The notes under the pieces were generated by a model, which ran no database searches, had not been told where the DNA came from, and saw only the letters and a list, made by a program, of their open reading frames with translations. 64,000 bases of DNA from IMG/VR virus record IMGVR_UViG_3300028920_000060, positions 7,968 to 71,967 of that record; one strand, written 5' to 3'. The position numbers and the translations under genes are program-made. This stretch comes from a virus. Shown piece after piece: positions 57,001-64,000 of this stretch. Numbering within the stretch: position 1 is the first letter of the stretch; each line of letters opens with the position of its first letter.

Positions 57001-60000
57001 CTGTAAATTGGGTACTTGGAACTTGTTTAATCTGTTCTTTACATTCTACACAACGAACATCACCCTTTGATGTTCTAGTAGTACCAGCGGTAGAACCACA
57101 ACTAGGACAAATAAATTTCTTATCTCCGGGTTTTGGTTTTGAATCTGGTAGATAATAACCATCAATAGGCTTGATCTTTCTACCATGAGCGTCATTTAAT
57201 TCATCGTGAATATCTTTAGCATTTTCTTTTCCTTTAGTCTGATATAAATATGTTGCATAAATTTCTGGGTGATACCTAGCTAAAACATTTTGCAATTGTG
57301 CATATTCAGTAGAATCATCACGGACTAACCAAAGTGCTTCCCATAATTTTAGACCAGCCCAAGTGTTAGCATAATCTACATCTTGTGGTCTAAGTTCACC
57401 AGGAGAAATTACTGGCAATTCAATAGTTAATATACTATCACCCTTTTCAACAGGATATCTACTTATAACACTTTTTTCTAAAGACTCAAGCATATTATTA
57501 ATAGCTTCAGTCTGGCCCTTTTCAATTCCTGGAGGATGATATTCTGTAGCTCTTTCATACTCCTCTTGCTTAGTTGGAGTAGTTAATGGAGATTCAGGTC
57601 TTTCAGGTTCAATTTCCCAAGAAGTAAATCCTGTTGAGGGATCTTTAGATAGCTTAGCTTCTTCTGGAATAGTTGATGATATTGCTTCAGCCTCTTCCCT
57701 TTTAATATCTTCCAGTAACTGTTGCTTTTGTTCTGGAGTCATACCACTAATTAATTCAGCAAACTCCTCATCATCCATATCCATAATGCCAGCGGTACGT
57801 GCTACCGGACTAAAAGGTGGTTGCTGTTGTTGTATTGACATTGACTCATCAACCATTTCTTGAGATGGGGGTGGTGGTCCCTGCTGTTTACGTCTATATT
57901 CCTCTATTTGCTCTTTAGTTGGAATAGGCTGACCTTCACCCATTTCAACAGGTCCTTCTCTATACTGTGGTTTTTCTTCTTTACCACCACCAAATAGACC
58001 TTTAGCCTTTTCCAAAAGCCCCTTCTCTTTTTTAGACTGAGACTGAGGTTCTTTACCGAGTATTCGCTGATTTTGTAATTCTTTTCTTTCTTTCTGAAGT
58101 TGTTTGGTCTGCCACTTAGTACGACGTTTATCCCAATTTTTCAGATATTTCATAACAGTATTAAAATGTTTATTATCATCTTGAAGCGCATATCTAAATG
58201 CTTCACCAAGCGCTTCGTTCATATTAGTAGATTTAACTTTATCAGGATTTTTCCTCATATAATCATGACCTATCCAACGAATAAGGTCATATAATTCCCA
58301 ATCCTCTTCCTGAGTTGCCTGTTCGATAGCCCAAGCACCAACATTTTCAATAGATCTTAAATCTGGACCAGTAGTTGGGTAACTAGTCCTTCTTTTAGTA
58401 GGTCTTTGACGAACTGGACGACGCCAAGGCCTCCTACCCCAGAATGCTACCTTCTCAATATCAAATAGGTCAACGTAAGTCTCATCAAAACTCTCAGCAC
58501 TACCTTTCATATGCTTGAACATCTCTACTTCACCGAGACGTTCTTCAGCTTTAGACTTACTCTTATAGGTACCGCCAGACCACTTAGGATTCTTCTTACT
58601 TTTTACTTCGTAACCGCCATCTACCTTTTTAATATAGGCAGAATAATCACTTTCTGCTTTCTTTTTATCTTTCTTACGCGGCACATCACGCGTAAGCATA
58701 TTACCATATTCTTTAAAATAACTAGACCAATATTCTTTAGCTTTAGGATCAACAGCAAGTTTAGTTAAACGAGCATCAAAATCAGCCTGAGCTTCTGCAG
58801 AATAACAACCAAATTCAGCTAATACAGCATCGGCCACAGAAGCACAAACATCTGCTACCATACGTCTAGCAGCAGTAATAGTCTCTAATTCTTCTTCACT
58901 ATAATAATCATCATTACTGGCAGTAAAATTAAATCCATATTTCTGAGCAGATTCCATACCAGTAGGAGTAGATAACATCACTACTGGAAGGTTAGCATCA
59001 GAATCTACCTGTACGTATCCAGTTACAGGATCCATCCCAGAGGAAGCTTCCTCTGCGGTTACCATCTTACCTCTATTATCAAAATAGAGATTATCGAGTT
59101 CTTTGTTCTCCCCCTTCTTTTTCAAAGAGAAGAACAATTGGAATATATGCTCACCACTATGACCGGTCATGCCAATTTGGGTTGGTGCAGCATAATATTC
59201 TGGATTACTATCATTAAAACGACCTAATACCCACTCTGCCGCTTTATGAAGCTCCTGATATCTTAAAGACTTATCTACTTCCTTTTGACTGGTCATTTCA
59301 AAACCAGCAAGTGGATTCTCCCAAGTAAATATACCGCCAATATTTACAGCAGGCTCTATACCATAACCTTCAGCCATATCATTAAAAGATTGAATTAATG
59401 ATTCATCCGTAGTACGTACAGACAGCTGATCATTATTAGAATTTATAATCTCCATATCATGTTGTTTACTTGCCTCATTAACACTATCTGTAAATATATC
59501 AAAATTAGCAGCTTCTTTATTAATTGGCTTAGAAACAACATCACTCAATTTGATAATCTTGGGAATTATCATATCTTTGAGTTCAAACTCTTTACTATGA
59601 TGCTTATCCATCTTATGATAATAGTCAGGATCTTCAGCTAAATGATCAATGGCAATTTCTCTTGCTACTTCTTCGTTATCAGTATGTTCAAGCTCGTGCT
59701 CAGCACCTTCTTCTACATCAGACTCAGATACACCTGATAAAGACTCGACTTCACCAATGACACCGGTACCATCAATCTCCTGACTCATAAGACCAGGAGC
59801 ACGGGTGAAACTGTCACCACCTTGTGGCCTTACATCCTCAGCAGCCTGAATTTCAAAAATCAAATCAATATTTCTAGCCTTCTTATGAATAGCATCAACT
59901 AGCTTTAATTCTGGAAAATGTACAGAAGACCATTTAATAATTTGGTTATCAGATGGATATCGTTCCTTATATTCTACAGTAGCAATGTGTTTTTTATCTT

Positions 60001-60379
60001 CAGTAGTTTCAAATTTAAGCTCTAAATTAGGCATAAACTCATGTTTTAATACTTCCGCAATTCTATCTGCCTCAACAATCTTAGACAGACTACCAGGAGG
60101 CACTAAACAAGATTCACCATCACTAATTTCAACAATATACTCTTCACCACATTTAGATGCTATAATACCATGCCGAAATTCATCAGAATTCGGCATACAG
60201 AACTCTACTCGAGTTCCAACTGGCATAGGATCATCATCTGGTGGAGCTTGACGAGTACCAATAATCTGGGCTACTTTATCAATAGTCCAGTTCTTGGAAT
60301 TACCAATCCCAACAAATGACTTATCACCGTCATTTTTAGGCGGTTCTTGCCCAATAAATTTATTGTCGGTTATGCTCAT
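54086..60379 (-). CDS. 2097-aa modular putative head-core/ejection protein
   Basis: SH3/Tudor-like domain (about 60070-60230), DUF5661-like HELEHT...AIDHLAEDPDYY (about 59600-59730), small YIKK.DGGY...RLGEVEMFKH domain (about 58505-58650), Zn ribbon, repeated G-x-K-LWEAL helical modules, Lys/Glu coiled coil. Confidence 0.6.
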   Translation of the reverse strand: MSITDNKFIGQEPPKNDGDKSFVGIGNSKNWTIDKVAQIIGTRQAPPDDDPMPVGTRVEFCMPNSDEFRHGIIASKCGEEYIVEISDGESCLVPPGSLSKIVEADRIAEVLKHEFMPNLELKFETTEDKKHIATVEYKERYPSDNQIIKWSSVHFPELKLVDAIHKKARNIDLIFEIQAAEDVRPQGGDSFTRAPGLMSQEIDGTGVIGEVESLSGVSESDVEEGAEHELEHTDNEEVAREIAIDHLAEDPDYYHKMDKHHSKEFELKDMIIPKIIKLSDVVSKPINKEAANFDIFTDSVNEASKQHDMEIINSNNDQLSVRTTDESLIQSFNDMAEGYGIEPAVNIGGIFTWENPLAGFEMTSQKEVDKSLRYQELHKAAEWVLGRFNDSNPEYYAAPTQIGMTGHSGEHIFQLFFSLKKKGENKELDNLYFDNRGKMVTAEEASSGMDPVTGYVQVDSDANLPVVMLSTPTGMESAQKYGFNFTASNDDYYSEEELETITAARRMVADVCASVADAVLAEFGCYSAEAQADFDARLTKLAVDPKAKEYWSSYFKEYGNMLTRDVPRKKDKKKAESDYSAYIKKVDGGYEVKSKKNPKWSGGTYKSKSKAEERLGEVEMFKHMKGSAESFDETYVDLFDIEKVAFWGRRPWRRPVRQRPTKRRTSYPTTGPDLRSIENVGAWAIEQATQEEDWELYDLIRWIGHDYMRKNPDKVKSTNMNEALGEAFRYALQDDNKHFNTVMKYLKNWDKRRTKWQTKQLQKERKELQNQRILGKEPQSQSKKEKGLLEKAKGLFGGGKEEKPQYREGPVEMGEGQPIPTKEQIEEYRRKQQGPPPPSQEMVDESMSIQQQQPPFSPVARTAGIMDMDDEEFAELISGMTPEQKQQLLEDIKREEAEAISSTIPEEAKLSKDPSTGFTSWEIEPERPESPLTTPTKQEEYERATEYHPPGIEKGQTEAINNMLESLEKSVISRYPVEKGDSILTIELPVISPGELRPQDVDYANTWAGLKLWEALWLVRDDSTEYAQLQNVLARYHPEIYATYLYQTKGKENAKDIHDELNDAHGRKIKPIDGYYLPDSKPKPGDKKFICPSCGSTAGTTRTSKGDVRCVECKEQIKQVPSTQFTEKTPQVDPGIVEHYLKKVKRETSVDQKKTQKWLEQLEDYVNANFKGGMDAVFENVDISREQYDGLPLRKRVDFLRDVAAILIKEEGRAQPKYKEVKKEEKLGPAEFIQKHYPRVKEPAIPRREEELPELDEVEYLIHVLNEQTGNLSDRPPRFQAFLKQRGITEEKFRSLDQDEQVRLLQGELLKFMEEIPKYEIEKHKPRYLEEGLPSRMFYSRGNKKIAAEPEFEVIEEDEVELSPEDVEVEVPEGMSNEEIEDERIREKLKSLPISEQIDQALPQEQYGNMDPREWKNRATEFDIDLARKLLDPESKERKAYEYFLNWSPVTSAGLKSKGMPDSHLYKSFRDTPIKVILVEEWGPGFLTSLARESDPGLAKLIMFAMKAHGTVLPELSKQKQRKERRKLRQPHIPKTPEEIWQSEKFLREPVSEPAFAPGKKKRKPLEPTGRPYEGPTIHRKQREEEPSEAPTGEIDSFWFYKIPGGPHKGKELWEALQDASEEEKLDLQNMLRLKAQGVWLSFVEHTQGPVAADREAMLLDELQSMADETEVEDLLSEDLKYQEYMRGKEIVNRIDADEQPLTVQDAVELGLHYKDKEPGVLKYIIWHLKNSKGEEAQRKYEEAQAYLHSKKPEIAKELEEYRKEKLKKKHPSEVKLQMGSIEDPWFNKTIEEAANEVKSLEPEQQDKFVNYIRRHYPIEWKEYRNWQKSQKEKPPQRREDIPTEIEKKDREKIEKERELLRMNLEKEKKDKEKKEVPVPGKQPVTTFEPKRQRTKEEIQLEKLQKRKKQLQLEELNRRKEQLQNEKLQKRKEQLLKEMKKNLTKIEGAVMRREGDAGPGPYAYNASGKDDKKDYDYKERNKQPARSHNKFCINRMFSTTSSDDNGYVMMDIGWDPELFENMSPQNVQHQIISFIKGLESDKYFHDFGIMGKPKIIEFDEDAGVAQVKVRCSESRGIMTLTYGGELKDDVLPLKGIR

Positions 60380-60391
60380 GGCAAAACCTCT

Positions 60392-63300
60392 TTACTTAGA
60401 ACGCATTACAGAGGGGGCAGCCTTGCTCATCTGATCCATCTTACGAGTGAGTTTATTCTCTTGATGATCAGAATCTTTACCTAATTCCGTGTCAGAAAGA
60501 CCAACCCCCTGCTGATCAGTTGCGGGATGATGAGCCTTTGGCTTTCCAGCACCAAAATCACCAGGATCTCTATTATCAGAGTCAGGTTCAGTACTCGTAT
60601 CAGAGAAAGTACCTTGTGGCTTGGACTGAGACTTTATACCACCAGGTGTTGAGATTTCACCTTTAGTATCAGAATCCGGTCCCAACACCGCATTACCTTT
60701 TCCCTGAGCAACTGCAGCAGGCTGTTGTTGATTCACAGTAGTAGAGGGAAGATCACCAGCAAGCTTTCCCAGTGCAGCCGCCATTTCCATTGGCGAACCG
60801 TTAAAAACCTTCTGTGCAATATCTACAATTGCCTGCGGGTCAAGTTTACCAGCATCAAATTCTTCAGAATAATCAGTCTTGAATTGAGCAATAGCATCAA
60901 CAATATTCATATCACCTTTATCGTGATAGTGTTCCATCGCAGTTCTAATTTTCTCTTCACCCTCGCCACCAAGAGGCTGCGAATCCACCATCATTGGTTC
61001 AGGACTCTCTAATCCACCCTCAGGAAGATTAATATCTTCAACATCTAAGGCGATTGGTTTAAAGCCAGCCTCTACCATCATATCCCAAGCTTCAGCCTTC
61101 TTTTCTACTGGAACATTAAAAGCATAGGCTTCAGCATTATTGCCTTCTACTCCAATTTCTTGAGCATTCAGCAATTCGGCTGCTTTAGCAAAAACATCAC
61201 CAAATTCTTTAAGATACTTATCAGCTACGAAGGCGGTTAAGGTAGTCTCTTCTGCGGCACCACCAATTTCAAGAGCGGAAGCTATTGCTCTGGCTGGAAC
61301 AATACCAGCACAACGACCACAGCTAAGGTCAGAAGCTTCCTTTGGCATTTCATAACTATTAGATTCACCACAAGCAGGGCAATTTAATCTAATACCCTCT
61401 CTCATAGCGAATACTGGCGGTGGAGGACTACCAGCCGGATGTTTAGCAGTACTAGCAAGATAGAAGAAATCCGCGATAGCAGAATCCATATCTAATAGTG
61501 GGTATTCCTTACTACCACGTTTACTAGTGATATGAATCATGTCATTCTTGACACCAATATTATAACCACCAGCATTATAAGATTTTTCATTAAGAATCAA
61601 TTGTTCAATTTCGCTTTTCTTTTTCTTTAAATTCTCTGGAAATCCACCTTTATCTTCATCTTTATCGTCTTTTTTGTCCTTATCTTTACCTTTTACATGC
61701 TTCTCAAACTGAGGTGGAATTTTACCAGCCTTAATTGCCTCTCTAAGCTGAACTTTGAGTTCATCCACGCTACCAAGCCACCAAGCAGGTGGTTCTTGAA
61801 GGCTAGTTACATATTGGATAGAAGCATGAGCTTTCTTATCATTATAGATAGGAAGATGGTTCTGACCATCATCAACCATTGGATTGTCAGCAGTGATAGC
61901 AGCCTTCAAAGACTGCGGAGGGGTAACTTGACCTGGTTGCTGTTCATTAACTTTAGGACTAAAGGTGTTGGTAGACTTATCCTTCTTCTTGGTTTTCTTC
62001 TTTTTGGAAGCTTCTACTTCCATAGCCTCAGATTCATCATCAATAGCCTCAGATTCACCACCACCACCACTAAAAAGCTCTACTATTTCAGGATTAGCCT
62101 CAATAAAACTATCAGCAGATTGTCTTAATAAATCAACACCTTCTTCACTCTCAAGAAATTCTTCTATTTCTTGCGCGATTTTTCTAGAGGCCACAGCCTG
62201 CTGTGGAGCTACAGCTGGTTGCTCTAAAGCACCAGAAAGTAATTGTTGCATCTTCGGAATTTCAGTTGGATTTCTATATAAAGCTGCAAACAACATTAAT
62301 GCTGGTCTATTAGAACCAAAAGCAGCAATCCATCGTTTCTTATTATACTCATAAGCTTCAGTGCCAATAGGAGACTCACTGATCTCCTCAATAATACTCT
62401 CTAGATCCTCAGTCGAGGTATTAGCAATTAGACTGTCGATCTTTTTAGTAATCTCATCAGATTGACCATAGGCATTCATAAATTCAATGGCCATGGTACC
62501 AAGTTGGGATGGCTGTACAGCATCAGCATCCTTTTGAGCAGCAACTGGCATAACACCAGTACCATCAATACCGAGATTTTCTCTTGGTTTATCTTCCGAT
62601 TCTACATCAGAAGAAGCTTCCATCTCCGATTCAGAGATTTCATTAGCTTTCTTATTAATTTTCTCAGCAACACGCGTTGCTACATCACTACCACGTTTCT
62701 TGTCAGCCATAATAGGAGATTTAGTATCTTTGATCTCCTTCAAATCGTCAAATTGCCCCTCTTCTTTTTTACGAGACTCGTCTAAATATTCACCCATGTC
62801 TTCCCCTTCTTTCTGATTGAGCAAGGCACGGATAAAAGTACGAGCTCTAACATGAGCAGGAGCATCACTCTGAAGACCATTACGCATAATAGCAACATCA
62901 TAGTCTTCTTGAGATTTAATTTCAGAAGCAATACGCACTAGTTTGGCTACAGGAAGCGTATTGAATGACACCTTAGGAATAACAGTGTCAATGACTTCAG
63001 CTACTCTAGAATTAGGATTGTTATATTGATAGTGGTCACGCAAACGTGTCAACGTACCAGCAGAAATAGTACCAAGAGGTTCTTGATGCCAAAGTCTCTC
63101 AAGATGAGTAGCAAATCGTTTAATGCCAATATCATTAGAGATTTGCTTGGAAGCATCTTTTATGACACTAAAAGCATCAAAACGAGATACAATCGGCGTA
63201 TCATCAGGCATTACACTATCACCCATAATCTTATCAATCTTTTCCCGAGCAGCCTGAAGTACAGGCACAGCAGCGGCCACGTCATGCCGCTGCTGTTCAG

Positions 63301-63436
63301 CCTTAATACTGGCTTCACGTTGATTATGAGATTGTAATAACGAATCTGCACGGCTCGCAAGAGGCCCTGTAGTGTTCATGGTATTATAATCAATCTCACC
63401 TTTGCTTAATGCTTTAAGTGCTTTACGAGTCTGCAT
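60392..63436 (-). CDS. 1014-aa modular putative head-core protein
   Basis: Acidic linkers, Zn ribbon CPAC...CGRC, C-terminal PDSD-type repeats. Confidence 0.55.
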   Translation of the reverse strand: MQTRKALKALSKGEIDYNTMNTTGPLASRADSLLQSHNQREASIKAEQQRHDVAAAVPVLQAAREKIDKIMGDSVMPDDTPIVSRFDAFSVIKDASKQISNDIGIKRFATHLERLWHQEPLGTISAGTLTRLRDHYQYNNPNSRVAEVIDTVIPKVSFNTLPVAKLVRIASEIKSQEDYDVAIMRNGLQSDAPAHVRARTFIRALLNQKEGEDMGEYLDESRKKEEGQFDDLKEIKDTKSPIMADKKRGSDVATRVAEKINKKANEISESEMEASSDVESEDKPRENLGIDGTGVMPVAAQKDADAVQPSQLGTMAIEFMNAYGQSDEITKKIDSLIANTSTEDLESIIEEISESPIGTEAYEYNKKRWIAAFGSNRPALMLFAALYRNPTEIPKMQQLLSGALEQPAVAPQQAVASRKIAQEIEEFLESEEGVDLLRQSADSFIEANPEIVELFSGGGGESEAIDDESEAMEVEASKKKKTKKKDKSTNTFSPKVNEQQPGQVTPPQSLKAAITADNPMVDDGQNHLPIYNDKKAHASIQYVTSLQEPPAWWLGSVDELKVQLREAIKAGKIPPQFEKHVKGKDKDKKDDKDEDKGGFPENLKKKKSEIEQLILNEKSYNAGGYNIGVKNDMIHITSKRGSKEYPLLDMDSAIADFFYLASTAKHPAGSPPPPVFAMREGIRLNCPACGESNSYEMPKEASDLSCGRCAGIVPARAIASALEIGGAAEETTLTAFVADKYLKEFGDVFAKAAELLNAQEIGVEGNNAEAYAFNVPVEKKAEAWDMMVEAGFKPIALDVEDINLPEGGLESPEPMMVDSQPLGGEGEEKIRTAMEHYHDKGDMNIVDAIAQFKTDYSEEFDAGKLDPQAIVDIAQKVFNGSPMEMAAALGKLAGDLPSTTVNQQQPAAVAQGKGNAVLGPDSDTKGEISTPGGIKSQSKPQGTFSDTSTEPDSDNRDPGDFGAGKPKAHHPATDQQGVGLSDTELGKDSDHQENKLTRKMDQMSKAAPSVMRSK

Positions 63437-63492
63437 TGTTTGTCTCCGAAATCTTAGAGATTATTATCTCTTTAACAGGCTTATTAAATATG

Positions 63493-63987
63493 CTAGCCTG
63501 CTGTTTGGCCCATTCCTTTGCTTCGTTTTCTGATGAAGCTACCACTTTGAACCTGCGTTCGCTGTCTTCTTCTAATCTTATTAAAACCCAAAACATTGCT
63601 ATCCTTTGGGGATTTAAAACCTGTGCATGATACCGTTATACAAAGACCAACAATATCACTCCATTTAGTACAATCTTTACATTGCAAAGAACCAGGTTCA
63701 AAATAGACTCTGTTACTCTCTTGCTCATCTTTCAACGAATCAATTATTTGCTCTATAGTGGCATTTTTGATTACGTCATGAGCTCTTTGCAATTCAATGA
63801 ACTTGTCATTTTCACCACCTTTATCTGGATGATGAACAACTGCAAGTTCCTTGAACTTATTCTTAGCAATACTCTTTAAATTATTAATGGCTTTTGCATT
63901 AGCAGTGCTAGATATAGACCACACCTCTGCCCTTGCTTTAACAATAGGCCAGATATCTAGCGCTTCACATGCAAGATATACATTCAT
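63493..63987 (-). CDS. J-domain (DnaJ-like, class C) protein
   Basis: KNKFKELAVVHHPDKGG..DKFIELQRAHDVI with the HPD motif; C-terminal Cys cluster CKDC...C...C. Confidence 0.8.
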   Translation of the reverse strand: MNVYLACEALDIWPIVKARAEVWSISSTANAKAINNLKSIAKNKFKELAVVHHPDKGGENDKFIELQRAHDVIKNATIEQIIDSLKDEQESNRVYFEPGSLQCKDCTKWSDIVGLCITVSCTGFKSPKDSNVLGFNKIRRRQRTQVQSGSFIRKRSKGMGQTAG

Positions 63988-64000
63988 TATGCAACGCGAT

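Overview
The window is 64 kb of the virion-morphogenesis region of a large, AT-rich, contractile-tailed (myovirus) phage. Essentially all real genes lie on the minus strand, tightly packed and often coupled by ATGA/GTGA overlaps, in the standard genetic code. In transcription order (right to left) it carries: a J-domain protein; a block of very large, modular, acidic putative head-core/ejection proteins; probable small and clear large terminase; a HAD + pyrophosphatase-like multidomain protein; portal; prohead protease-scaffold; decoration protein; HK97-fold major capsid (resembling, from recall, the mycobacteriophage Bxz1-type capsid); an RRXRR/PLMP-domain fusion behind a structured intergenic region; a holin plus spanin-like pair; a head-tail adaptor; a fibre block with a 2696-aa Gly-X-Thr collagen-like protein; a glycan-modification cassette (methyltransferase, GT4-GT2-TPR glycosyltransferase, sulfotransferase, methyltransferase); neck/terminator; sheath; three tail-tube paralogues; tail chaperones joined by a -1 frameshift signal; tape measure; tube initiator; and a baseplate hub gene running off the left edge. 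The best candidates for an undescribed system are: (1) phage-encoded glycosylation, O-methylation and sulfation of a ~600-nm BclA-like collagen filament; (2) an OMEGA-type PLMP domain fused to a capsid-associated protein downstream of stacked hairpins; (3) polyprotein-like head cargo segmented by a recurring [K/R]-x-A motif. All family assignments come from motif recognition by eye; no database search was run.
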